IMG/VR virus record: IMGVR_UViG_3300045999_010033
Location: 124,001-188,000 of that record
Reading direction: 5' to 3' (one strand)
Length of the DNA stretch: 64,000 nucleotides
The notes under the pieces are model-generated. The model made no database searches and was not told the DNA's origin. It saw only the letters and a list, made by a program, of their open reading frames with translations. Made by a program: the position numbers and the translations under genes. Each line of letters opens with the position of its first letter. The first letter of the stretch is position 1. Positions 39,001 through 46,872 of this stretch are shown piece by piece.

Positions 39001-39925
39001 TGCCATTACCGGTTTGCGCAAAAGATGCAGAATCGGACCAACTTGCAGTTCCATATACACGTTTGTTACTACTATCTACATATATGTCACCTCTAATATG
39101 GGTTTTAGTTATATTTGTGTTTCCAATTGTAGTCGTATTAGAACCTTTACCAATTGTGTTATATCCTATTACAATTTGATTGGTCTCCGAACTTGCGCTT
39201 GGTTTTGTATTTGCTCCAATAAAAACCGATTGATTAGAATCTATGTTGTTTCCTGCTTCAGCAGCCTTTCCGGCATTTACACCAACCGCGACGTTGTAAT
39301 CGCCCGTTTCCATAGCAATCAGTGCTTCAGACCCAATTGCTACATTGTAGTTTGTATAGCTAGATGAATGTAATGTATAAGACCCTATTGCAGTGTTACC
39401 ATCACCTGTGTTTTCATTTAATGCGTATGAGCCTATTGCTGTGTTTTGTTGTCCGGTATTTAGTGATAGTGCGTTATTACCAACTACGGTATTAGTTGTG
39501 AAACTTCCATCCCCACGGCCGATTCTGACACCATGTACATATATGTCGTTATTTGTAGTTAGTGAGCCAGAAACATCTACAGAACCACTAAATTGTGAAT
39601 TAAAATTTACCTTAAAGCCAAGTATAGAATCTACCGATGCGGTCACACTACCCGATGATATACTAGAAAGATTTAATCCAACTACACTCGATGCCGATAT
39701 ATTTGTTAATCCTGAACCGTTTCCAAAAAAGGAGCCGGAAAATGAGCCACTAAATGCAGATACCGTTGATCCAATCTCAATTATTTTTTCACCACTAGAA
39801 CCACTGGTTTTCATAAACAACTTACCATCGTAAGTGTTTATTGCCAATTCACCATAATCCAATGAAGATGTGGTTGGTACACGACCGGGTACTGCACTTC
39901 TACGCAGTTTTATTATTTGACTCAT
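33020..39925 (-). CDS. giant tail fibre (2301 aa) with four Gly-Ser/Thr blocks
   Basis: N-terminal IIKLRRSAVPGRVPTTSSLDYGELAINTYDGKLF fibre-anchor motif; NTAIG beta-helix-like repeats (~39280-39480); repeated shaft modules. Confidence 0.85.
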   Translation of the reverse strand: MSQIIKLRRSAVPGRVPTTSSLDYGELAINTYDGKLFMKTSGSSGEKIIEIGSTVSAFSGSFSGSFFGNGSGLTNISASSVVGLNLSSISSGSVTASVDSILGFKVNFNSQFSGSVDVSGSLTTNNDIYVHGVRIGRGDGSFTTNTVVGNNALSLNTGQQNTAIGSYALNENTGDGNTAIGSYTLHSSSYTNYNVAIGSEALIAMETGDYNVAVGVNAGKAAEAGNNIDSNQSVFIGANTKPSASSETNQIVIGYNTIGKGSNTTTIGNTNITKTHIRGDIYVDSSNKRVYGTASWSDSASFAQTGNGIFSGSFSGSFIGNGAGITNISASSVVGLNLSRISSGSVTASVDPAYGFKVNTNTQISGGLEVTGSINISGSVGNVFTANIDSISFTGSMLISGSFTSSYIGAATGFTLPTYNSNPSGSFSTGSLYYNIGDTNIYRWNGTQWIAAAGTAGSSGTAGSSGTAGSSGSSGTAGSSGTAGSSGSSGTAGSSGTAGSSGSSGTAGSSGSSGTDGSSGSSGTAGSSGTAGSSGSSGSSGSSGTSGTGFNTISNPANNRILTSDGTTNTAVAESNLTFDGNTLVVTGSINVSDTIVAQRIHVQTITSSISFVTGSSKFGVSGSDLHQFTGSVSISGGAEFSVNVNTIIFTSSLSLSGSLTASAIDAETQFKLPNYSSSPTGSFKSGSLYYNTSDTDIYRWDGTQWIAAVGATGSSGTAGSSGSSGTAGSSGSSGTDGSSGSSGTAGSSGTAGSSGSSGTDGSSGSSGSSGTAGSSGTAGSSGSSGTAGSSGTDGSSGSSGTAGSSGSSGTAGSSGSSGTDGSSGSSGSSGTDGSSGSSGTAGSSGSSGTDGSSGSSGTAGSSGSSGTDGSSGSSGTAGSSGSSGTAGSSGTAGSSGSSGSSGTAGSSGTAGSSGSAGTSGTGFNTISNPLDNRILTSDGSANSANAEANLTFDGSVLNVTGSINATNITSSLYGTASWALRAVSASYSENLQISGSINNASVINFVTGSDQPKAEGRLGWDDGYGTLNLGLKGGNVNLAIGEELFIRAFNAEATTLTKGTVVYIFGSQGNRVSVKRASATAELGSANTLGFVAEQILSGEEGFVQTEGPLNELNTLGLTAGGLVYLSSSAGQYTQTTPQAPLHSVRLGYVERVSATVGSIYVKIDNGYELDELHDVKINGITSGDLLVRSGSVWINSKQLTGSYGLTGSSTIIGTQTITGSINVSGSQTFIGTSVSVGNQIVTGSLITSGSNTLIGISVLSGSVNVSGSLNATANFTLQGHLRLDPGQDPGPNNITASYLFTSASNTATGYDLYYRQNGNLTKFKWLEGGLSSGILYGGGISFSGSVIYVKKGSGIINNMNATSGSEINPIITYVNWNDYTASAQYITSSQTTYLYVDGTGVIFQQTSYFDETQYEEAIPLGLVTHPNYSSITGYASSVQTTYNSDTQQNDFIRSFGPIKVNGFTPSGQSGSLRINIGDGTGFFLGGYYSQNPNSPSHYTATPALTASMARAYRTGSGIYLDSNNGNYYTVVDPTKYDNGNGLSSVSGPNVTIQRIFYSPESKRAVIYYGHNSYTSIANALSALLSDSFVEGEFTAKSLIFAGYLLVQGNASDLTNTSQAIFIQAGSFRNTSGGSSAATNITQTLDDLSDVNITTPTNGQALVYNGGVWINGTPLNATSASFAQTASLAVLALTASSADNFTVRDTLVAQRIVSQIITSSTELITGSTQFGTLVSNTHQFTGSVSISGSLIINGTSYTAATSGTSGTAGSSGSSGSSGSTGSSGSSGTAGSSGSSGSTGSSGSSGTAGSSGSSGSSGTAGSSGSSGSTGSSGSSGTAGSSGSSGSTGSSGSSGTAGSSGSSGTSGVANILNNANDRILTATGTQGEANAESLLTFDGTKLSILYQSGDEGGEILLNKSATNNSLTGSGITIDSYQNKLRFFEQGGAARGAYIDLTEAAAGVGTNLLTAGSSGTSGSSGSSGTAGSSGSAGSSGSTGSSGSSGTAGSSGSSGTAGSSGSSGSTGSSGSSGTAGSSGSSGSTGSSGSSGTAGSSGSSGSTGSSGSSGTAGSSGTAGTSGTGFTTIATPADNRVLTSDGSVNSAVAEANLNFNGSVLNVTGSVIATSLTSSTLLVSGSGVQRAIIHGSGSSQSIFSVLGSQGELFSVTDNLSGSLFSVNDISGLPILEVFSDDTVLMGDSIAPVLNTTKRVSITGSTTIYSMSTGSYDGMFVEYTIRSGSNARMGQFIAMWSGASTVVSDVSTVDFGNTSGVAFTSIISGSNMVMTGSASAGTWTGKFIIRTI
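33690..34020 (-). repeat. (Gly-X-Y)n Ser/Thr block
   Basis: 9-nt tandem repeats including near-exact longer units; boundaries approximate. Confidence 0.95.
34325..34640 (-). repeat. (Gly-X-Y)n Ser/Thr block
   Basis: GTAGSSGSSGSTGSSGSS units; boundaries approximate. Confidence 0.95.
37160..37798 (-). repeat. (Gly-X-Y)n Ser/Thr block with GTD units
   Basis: GTDGSSGSSGTAGSS units; boundaries approximate. Confidence 0.95.
38280..38570 (-). repeat. (Gly-X-Y)n Ser/Thr block
   Basis: GTAGSS units; boundaries approximate. Confidence 0.95.
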
Positions 39926-39985
39926 TTAGGTATATACCTTTAGTTAGTAATAGAATATGCTATATAGCACTTACTAACATAAATA

Positions 39986-40270
39986 TTAAAACTCCCCTAA
40001 ATCAATTACATTTCCATAAAGACTACCCGATATAATTGGGTCAGATGGTGCGTTTGAACCGGATTGCATCCATATCATAGCAGGAACTACTGAACCCGAT
40101 TCCGAATCCAAGCTAGCCGATATATCGTATGAGGTTGCATCTACAACCGCAATTGCACCACTAACAATAAGAGAATATTGGTCATCGGTTAAAGTGGTGA
40201 TAGTTACATTTTTAAGTGTGGCTCCATCCAAATCTAATTCAAGTTGTTTTGTTCTTATTCTTGTGGCCAT
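39986..40270 (-). CDS. hypothetical virion protein (94 aa)
   Basis: Coupled ORF ending VIDLGEF; between neck and fibre genes. Confidence 0.7.
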   Translation of the reverse strand: MATRIRTKQLELDLDGATLKNVTITTLTDDQYSLIVSGAIAVVDATSYDISASLDSESGSVVPAMIWMQSGSNAPSDPIISGSLYGNVIDLGEF

Positions 40271-40271
40271 T

Positions 40272-40925
40272 TTATACGGGTTTTATTTTTCCAAATATTT
40301 TAATATCTTGTGGTGGAACTCTATTATCTATTAACCAATAATCGTTAATTTTTATTTCAATATTAGAGCCACTTTGACTTATACTAAATATTCCCGGCAT
40401 ATGCAATCCATCAATAAATACTTCAAAGTTTTCAGGGCCGATGGTTTCCGTACCATAATCTAATGTTCTATTATTTATGATTAATCTATTTAATACGGAC
40501 TCATCTGCGGTGGCAGGTGTTTTATCTATCACACTTGCACTAACATAAATATATCTTGCACTATATTGTAGGATTTCTTTATGAAAGTCGTTTGTTATGT
40601 TATTGGTAAAAATATATGTAGTCGGCGATTCTGACACTTTTGTATTTGCCTGAAATGCTTTTGGTGCAGAAATCCCATCATTAATAATTTCTTGAATACT
40701 TCCGGTTGCCGAATTTAAATTAGGTACATTATTTATATTTACTTTTGAAACCGATTGTTTCAATTTTTTTGTATTGGCTTGAAAATTTTTTGGTGAAGCA
40801 ATGCCATCATTAATAATTTCTTGAATACTTGCAGTTGCAGAAAGTACATCTGGCAAATTATTAAAATTTATCTTTGATACAACTCGATTGAGTTTTTTTG
40901 TATTCGATGTGAATCGGTTAAGCAT
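40272..40925 (-). CDS. hypothetical protein (217 aa) with an internal ~41-aa tandem duplication
   Basis: NTKKL..VSK.N.NN.P...SAT.SIQEIINDGI..PK.FQANTK occurs twice. Confidence 0.75.
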   Translation of the reverse strand: MLNRFTSNTKKLNRVVSKINFNNLPDVLSATASIQEIINDGIASPKNFQANTKKLKQSVSKVNINNVPNLNSATGSIQEIINDGISAPKAFQANTKVSESPTTYIFTNNITNDFHKEILQYSARYIYVSASVIDKTPATADESVLNRLIINNRTLDYGTETIGPENFEVFIDGLHMPGIFSISQSGSNIEIKINDYWLIDNRVPPQDIKIFGKIKPV

Positions 40926-41247
40926 ATTTTTCTAAGTCTCCTCCAACTACAATTTCATCCAAAGTATCTAATGGATATTCAAATCTTGATTTAATAAATT
41001 TAACTAAAAGTCCATCCGATGCCATTTCAGTAATATAATCTCTTGGATTGATATTTTGTGTATTAATTCTTATTCTTAATCGGTCTTGCTTAGTACGATA
41101 TTCTACCTCTCGTAATATTGGTGCAAACCGCCAACCTTTTGCAATCCAAATCCAATATGTAGAATCATTTAAATTATATGGAGTTAGAATTACTCTTGGA
41201 ACATTTCGACTAATTACGTTTGTAATATCTAAAAGTGTTCGTTTCAT
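40918..41247 (-). CDS. hypothetical virion protein (109 aa)
   Basis: Overlap-coupled ORF in the neck operon. Confidence 0.7.
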   Translation of the reverse strand: MKRTLLDITNVISRNVPRVILTPYNLNDSTYWIWIAKGWRFAPILREVEYRTKQDRLRIRINTQNINPRDYITEMASDGLLVKFIKSRFEYPLDTLDEIVVGGDLEKYA

Positions 41248-42341
41248 ATCAATTCAATATATTTTCCGGTTATTGTTACTTCATCAGTATTTACAACATT
41301 CCATCCCAAAGTTATATTATTGAATGTAACCGTTAATGTACTTCCACTCATAGAATATGTATAATGTGTAGTTTCGTAATATCTGACACCATTTATGTAT
41401 ATTTTTATATCGTATTGCGTCGCTATTACCGATGAAAATGCTGCGGGTGTTTTTATTAATTTTACATTTGTCAAATTAAATATATTATCCGAAACATAAT
41501 TCATAAAATCCGAACTATTTAACGATAGATAATCCACAAGGTCTTTATTATCGTAGTATGGTGATTGTGTAGTGAGCATTGCTTCTAATCTGCCATCTGC
41601 TGTCAAATCCGTTTCAGATGTAACAACCACACGATTAATTGATTGAGATTTCCTCGTTGTATTTTCTGATGCGAATTTTTCAGGTAGAAGATATGCCTTT
41701 ACACTTAATGTAAACTCTAATCTATTTATGCGTTCTTGATTATCATTTACTTCATTTACTACATTGTAATCCGCAACACTGGCATAAAACTTAAATCGGG
41801 CCTTATCACCCCAATATTCATCTGATGCGAAGTTTAATGCCTCAATTACAACGTTCATATGTTCGGTAAAACTTGTCCATGCCATGCAATCGTAGTTTAC
41901 TTCGACATAATCCGGCATAGTTATATTATATAAATCATAAGCAGGAGTTATGCCATTTAGAATACTAAACCTGTCGTATCGGTTTCTTTTACTCCACTTT
42001 GTTACGGTTGAATATGATACGTGTCTATTAAGCATTGGTATTGCATCATTTTTGGCAACAGTTGTCCTTCGTATCATCATTATAGGTAGCTGTATTCTAC
42101 CTTTATTATCTCTATATATACCCTGACGTCTTGCTCCATTCCATCTTTCAGAATTACCATAAATTACTGGTATCTTTATATTTGTATTTTGTGAATCGGA
42201 TAGATTTGGCAATGCCACATCTTCTAAATATGACATGATGGCGTAATCTACATCATATAGAGTTACCGATGGGTTAATATCCCCACCTTCCCATTTTCTT
42301 TGAAGTATTCTATCTGATTGTCTTAGTGGATTCTCTGCCAT
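41244..42341 (-). CDS. tail terminator / sheath stabiliser (T4 gp15-like)
   Basis: IPVIYGNSERW, LPIMMIRR, MPDYVEVNYDCMAWT and FTLSVKAYLLP are gp15-like; follows neck genes. Confidence 0.65.
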   Translation of the reverse strand: MAENPLRQSDRILQRKWEGGDINPSVTLYDVDYAIMSYLEDVALPNLSDSQNTNIKIPVIYGNSERWNGARRQGIYRDNKGRIQLPIMMIRRTTVAKNDAIPMLNRHVSYSTVTKWSKRNRYDRFSILNGITPAYDLYNITMPDYVEVNYDCMAWTSFTEHMNVVIEALNFASDEYWGDKARFKFYASVADYNVVNEVNDNQERINRLEFTLSVKAYLLPEKFASENTTRKSQSINRVVVTSETDLTADGRLEAMLTTQSPYYDNKDLVDYLSLNSSDFMNYVSDNIFNLTNVKLIKTPAAFSSVIATQYDIKIYINGVRYYETTHYTYSMSGSTLTVTFNNITLGWNVVNTDEVTITGKYIELI

Positions 42342-42796
42342 TATTCAATTCTTTTTTCTATGTTAAGATCACTTATTCTACTCATAAATGCGGTACACAC
42401 AATACTGTAATTGTTATACTCCTGTCCTCCTATGAATTGAACTTCATTTGTATTATTGATTTCGTAATAAGATGTATCAAAATAAATGAAATCACCAACT
42501 TCGGGATATATTCCTTTTTCTTGACACCTTTCTCTATCCAACTTGAATGTTATGGTTTGTGTAGTATCTGGTCCAAATCCTTCGTATGTTCTTTCAATAC
42601 CATCTTTATCAATTAGGGCGTATATGGATACTCCACGATAGTATGTTTTATCAAGAGATTCACCATACAAGTTTACCTTTGATTGATAGATATTAAGTTT
42701 GTAGAGTATTATTTCAACTTGTATTACTTCATCTACCAACTCTCTAGCAATCCCTCTAAAAAATGTTACGTCACGTGGAGATATGAATTTTGGCAT
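42341..42796 (-). CDS. neck / head-closure protein (T4 gp14-like)
   Basis: 151 aa; NLYGES, YPEVGDFI; position after the adaptor gene. Confidence 0.6.
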   Translation of the reverse strand: MPKFISPRDVTFFRGIARELVDEVIQVEIILYKLNIYQSKVNLYGESLDKTYYRGVSIYALIDKDGIERTYEGFGPDTTQTITFKLDRERCQEKGIYPEVGDFIYFDTSYYEINNTNEVQFIGGQEYNNYSIVCTAFMSRISDLNIEKRIE

Positions 42797-42797
42797 T

Positions 42798-43985
42798 TCA
42801 ACCTATATAAATTGTGAGTGGAATTTTTTTCAACATCTCTTGATGGTAATCGGCTTCGTTCTTTTTATATTCAAATTGCTTTGTACGTCCGAGTTCATCT
42901 AAATTTTCGCGTAGTTGAGTGATTAGTGTATCCTTTTCGGTTTGAGCTTCGGAACGAAGTGCCGCACCATCAAGTGATACTTCACCATCGGGTATCGGAA
43001 TTGTACTATATTTTTCACGAATAGCACCAAGTAATTCTTTAGCAAGGGCTAATGTGTATTTTCGTATCCATTGTTTTCCAACATCGTTTATGGAATCATA
43101 TGAAATAAAATCATATTTAATATCCGAATAGTCCGATACCTTATTATCTTTTATAGTTATCGCGTTTTTATCAAATTCATTACTTGAAAAATATTCAAAA
43201 TAAATTCGTTTTGGGGTTCGAACCGTTGGGATTGGAAATACTTTTATTTTATCATTTACAATATTAAAAGTATATGCAGATTTACGAATTTGGTCGTTTA
43301 ACTCAATGTGTTGAATTCTAAGTGCATCCTCAAATAGTGGCATCAATAGGAATTGTGCCGCAGGTGAATACTGTCCAAATCCAAATTCATCCAATAAGTT
43401 TAGAGTACCTTGCGCACCAACTGAATATGGGTCAAAGAATCTTTGTATCGCAGGTGTTGATTCAAAAAATACTTTTGTAATTTCAAATTTAGATGCCGTG
43501 TTGAATAGAGTTGAAAACGATTGTGATGTGGCAGCATCCTTTGCCAATGAGGCGATATCGTATTCTTGCTTACCTACTTCCATATCAATATACGCCTTCT
43601 TAATATCCGTGTCACCACCAACATACGCAAGTGTTCCATATGCCTGCGACATTCTGAATATCGTAGGAACAAATGAGCCATCTACAAGTGTCTGACTAAA
43701 GTTTTTGTTTTCTGATTTCGGATAACCACGGAGTATATTTAGATTATTTCTTATATTAAATTGATTAACTTGTGCCGAATATTCCGAAACGGCTTCTTCA
43801 AAGCAGGCATAAAATTGTGTATCTATCATTTCGATATCAACTGTTGGATATCCAAGACGAGTTGCACACCAAACTGCAGTTCTGGGTCCATCGGTTTGAA
43901 AATCCGCATCTGCATCATACAATGCGTATGGGGTTGAACCTGATATTGCCGAACCTGAACCGGGCCATTTTACGTTAAGAGACAT
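42798..43985 (-). CDS. neck / head-tail adaptor protein (T4 gp13-like)
   Basis: RLGYPTVDIEMIDTQF...WIRKYTLALAKELLGAIREKY...SLDGAAL; directly after MCP. Confidence 0.75.
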   Translation of the reverse strand: MSLNVKWPGSGSAISGSTPYALYDADADFQTDGPRTAVWCATRLGYPTVDIEMIDTQFYACFEEAVSEYSAQVNQFNIRNNLNILRGYPKSENKNFSQTLVDGSFVPTIFRMSQAYGTLAYVGGDTDIKKAYIDMEVGKQEYDIASLAKDAATSQSFSTLFNTASKFEITKVFFESTPAIQRFFDPYSVGAQGTLNLLDEFGFGQYSPAAQFLLMPLFEDALRIQHIELNDQIRKSAYTFNIVNDKIKVFPIPTVRTPKRIYFEYFSSNEFDKNAITIKDNKVSDYSDIKYDFISYDSINDVGKQWIRKYTLALAKELLGAIREKYSTIPIPDGEVSLDGAALRSEAQTEKDTLITQLRENLDELGRTKQFEYKKNEADYHQEMLKKIPLTIYIG

Positions 43986-43999
43986 AGTTAGTTATTTAC

Positions 44000-44007
44000 T
44001 ATAAATA
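44000..44007 (-). promoter_or_regulatory. TATTTATA putative late promoter (neck operon)
   Basis: Exact motif right after the MCP terminator. Confidence 0.6.
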
Positions 44008-44014
44008 TAAAAAA

Positions 44015-44041
44015 TAAAAAAGGGGAGAATTAATCTCCCCT
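44015..44041 (-). terminator. rho-independent terminator after the major capsid gene
   Basis: AGGGGAGA-ttaat-TCTCCCCT followed by a T run on the minus strand. Confidence 0.85.
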
Positions 44042-44069
44042 AATTTATTTTTGGTTATCTAATCGGTGA

Positions 44070-45704
44070 TTAGAGAGTATGTAGACCCTCAACCACAATC
44101 TTGCCATAGAATTCCGGACGGACTATCTTCTTAGCGTATCTCGTCATAACTCCACGACGTGGTGTGAAGTTAGTCGGGTCATACACAAGCGGAGTCATAA
44201 TCAAAGGCACATATGGTGCGTAGACAGCTCCAGTTTCGAAGAAGTTAGAACCTTTGAAACCAAGAAGGATAACGTTCTCAGTCATGTATGGGTTTTTGTA
44301 AACATCATACCTGTTAGAGATTGAACCTACATTGGTTACACCAGCTGCAAATTGAAGAGCATCTTTACCAGGGTTAGCTGAGAAGCCATTCATTGATTCG
44401 AGGATAGTACATACATCCGGGCTAGCCACGATGAAGTTTGCACCACCACGCATTGTCAACTGATGGATTTTGTTTGATACCTTTTGAAGTTTGATACCAA
44501 GTGTTTGATACCAAGTGTTCTTTTGGTAAGCGTTTGCAGATATAGTAGCAGAATCAGGTGCGAAAAGACCGGTTGTTGAATTGTAGTCGTATCCTACTCT
44601 TGCAGACCAGTAATCAGTAGTCAATGCGTTAGCCTGAAGCATCTCAAGAATTTCCAAATCAATCTCAAGAGAGATGTATTCAGAAAGCATCTGAGTCAAT
44701 TCAGCTTCTGCGTCGATACTGTGGTATGCGTTAAGGTCTTGCGCCAATTCAGGAGTCCAAACTGCTTTCAACTTACGAGTTTTAGCAACGATTGGTTCTG
44801 ATTTGAGTTCAAGCTCAATTTCAGGAATACCAACATCAGCACCAGTTCTATCTTCAAAATCACCTCTTGAAGTAGCGGTTGGTTGTTTGTGATAAGATAC
44901 TGTTGCAGTTGCACCATCGGAAAGGAATGCAGCAGTAGATCCAGTTACAAAGAATTCAACAAAGTTTCCGTTGATATTTGTGTATTGTGGATATAGTGTG
45001 ACAGAGCCAGATGTAAGTACAAACGCTCTAACACCATTGAAATCCATTTCGGAAAGAATTGATGAAGATACTGCTACCTTCTTAATACCACCTGCTGCAA
45101 CGGATGCTGAAAGTGCGTTTGAATAATCGGTATCTGCCCAAGATGCACTTGTTACAGTTACTCCTGCACCTATACTTCCTGTACCGATTGTTACACTAAC
45201 ATCGTTGATGGAATATCCGAAACGACCAGGGCCATAAAGACCTTCTTCTGCTACTTGAGTAGAACCAAGTTTGTTACCTGCAGGTGAAAGAGAATCTTTA
45301 CCAACGGTACCACCTTTACCGAACATTGAAGAACCAGAGAATGCTGGCTTACCTGCTTGGTCGGTTGAATACTTGAAGTCCATGTAGAAGATAAGACCTG
45401 AAGGTAAGTTCATCGGCTGTACAGAAACGAATTCTTTTGCAGCGATGCTACCAAAGATACGTCTTACAAGCGGAAGAGCTACACCTGCCCATTCTTCAGA
45501 ACCAGCTGCGAAGCCAGTCTTTGTTGCTTCATCAAGAAGCTGCTTAGCTTGGTTTTCAAGCAATACTGCCATACCATGCTTTTGTGATTCAGAACCTGCT
45601 CCTTCAAGAAGGCCTGTTTTTTCCCATTTGGATTTCAAACCCCTAGTTTGCTCAAGCATAATGCTTTGCGGGTTTGCACCATTCATTAATTTTTTTAAGT
45701 CCAT
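44070..45704 (-). CDS. gp23: major capsid protein (T4 gp23-like), 544 aa
   Basis: Start moved to MDLKK (45704). ALPLVRR, FVSVQPMNLPSGLIFY, AKTRKLKAVWTPELAQDLNAYHSIDAEAEL, YAPYVPL, PRRGVMTRYA. Confidence 0.95.
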   Translation of the reverse strand: MDLKKLMNGANPQSIMLEQTRGLKSKWEKTGLLEGAGSESQKHGMAVLLENQAKQLLDEATKTGFAAGSEEWAGVALPLVRRIFGSIAAKEFVSVQPMNLPSGLIFYMDFKYSTDQAGKPAFSGSSMFGKGGTVGKDSLSPAGNKLGSTQVAEEGLYGPGRFGYSINDVSVTIGTGSIGAGVTVTSASWADTDYSNALSASVAAGGIKKVAVSSSILSEMDFNGVRAFVLTSGSVTLYPQYTNINGNFVEFFVTGSTAAFLSDGATATVSYHKQPTATSRGDFEDRTGADVGIPEIELELKSEPIVAKTRKLKAVWTPELAQDLNAYHSIDAEAELTQMLSEYISLEIDLEILEMLQANALTTDYWSARVGYDYNSTTGLFAPDSATISANAYQKNTWYQTLGIKLQKVSNKIHQLTMRGGANFIVASPDVCTILESMNGFSANPGKDALQFAAGVTNVGSISNRYDVYKNPYMTENVILLGFKGSNFFETGAVYAPYVPLIMTPLVYDPTNFTPRRGVMTRYAKKIVRPEFYGKIVVEGLHTL

Positions 45705-45723
45705 TTTGTTTTGTTTTGTTTTA

Positions 45724-46872
45724 TTACTTAATAATACCAGCCAACTTCTTAAATCTATTTGCGAAGTCAGCATTTTCAGAAATTACTTGCTTTTGTTGAG
45801 CAGCGGTAGGTTTTGTTGATTTAACCGCTCTACTTGCAATACCTTCAGCGATAGCCTTTTTAGCAACTTTAGATACTGATGTGTACTTAAAGTTTTCTGC
45901 CAATGTAGAATATACTAATTTGACTTCTCTAACTGATTTTGTTCTATCCAAAGTTTCGATAACTTTAACCTTTTGCTCGTTGGTCATGTTATGTGCTCTG
46001 AACAATTTGTTTGCGAAAAGAAGTTTAGCGTTTAGAAGATTTACTTCATTGATAGTGCCCTGAAGTGATTTGATTGCCTTGTATGCTTGGTTAAGTTCGG
46101 ATTTCAACTTTTTGTTTTCTTCCACTTTCTTTTCCATTTCATCATCATCTGCATCGGTCATATCAGCTTCCATTTCACGAAGAATTTCTTCTAAGTCAAT
46201 GGTATCATCATCTTTTGCAGTATCATCTTCATCTTCTTCACTAACAACTACTTTTGGGTCTTCACCTTTATCGGTGCCGGCCTCTTCACCATCGGCTAGG
46301 GATTCCATAGCCATCTGGTCATCATCTTCATCTTCAGTTGATTCTTCTTCTGCGAGTGATGATTCCAATTCTCTAATGATTGATTCAAGATCCATATCAT
46401 CTTCATCATCATACGCTTCTTCTTCATCTCCGGTGATTTCGTATTCCTCATCATTATCGGAATCAGTGTCATCGTCACCGAAATCCATATCATCGTCGCC
46501 GAAATCCATATCATCGGTATCATCTGTGTCTTCTTCTTCAGTAAGATCTTTTACTTTAGAATAGTCATCAAGTTCAGAACCGGGTTCGCCGGATTCGGTT
46601 TCAGTAGAACCACCTTCGAATTCGGTATCGGCATCATAACCCGAAGGTTCTTTCATGTCACCTGCACCGATTTCAGATGAATCTAATTCCTCGGTCTTCA
46701 TTTCTTCTTCATCATCGCTCATTTCGGCTTCTGCTCTCAATTTTTGAGATAGAATTGATTGGAGGCGTGGAGTGAAGGCTTCTTCAAGAGCGAGTTTAGC
46801 ATTTGCCAAAGCAGTTTCTTTAACGGCTTTAGCATCAGCAATTGCTTGCTTTAACAATTTTGAATTTGCCAT
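45724..46872 (-). CDS. prohead core scaffold protein (gp22-like)
   Basis: 382 aa, very acidic middle, coiled coil, ends RFKKLAGII; immediately upstream of MCP. Confidence 0.8.
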   Translation of the reverse strand: MANSKLLKQAIADAKAVKETALANAKLALEEAFTPRLQSILSQKLRAEAEMSDDEEEMKTEELDSSEIGAGDMKEPSGYDADTEFEGGSTETESGEPGSELDDYSKVKDLTEEEDTDDTDDMDFGDDDMDFGDDDTDSDNDEEYEITGDEEEAYDDEDDMDLESIIRELESSLAEEESTEDEDDDQMAMESLADGEEAGTDKGEDPKVVVSEEDEDDTAKDDDTIDLEEILREMEADMTDADDDEMEKKVEENKKLKSELNQAYKAIKSLQGTINEVNLLNAKLLFANKLFRAHNMTNEQKVKVIETLDRTKSVREVKLVYSTLAENFKYTSVSKVAKKAIAEGIASRAVKSTKPTAAQQKQVISENADFANRFKKLAGIIK

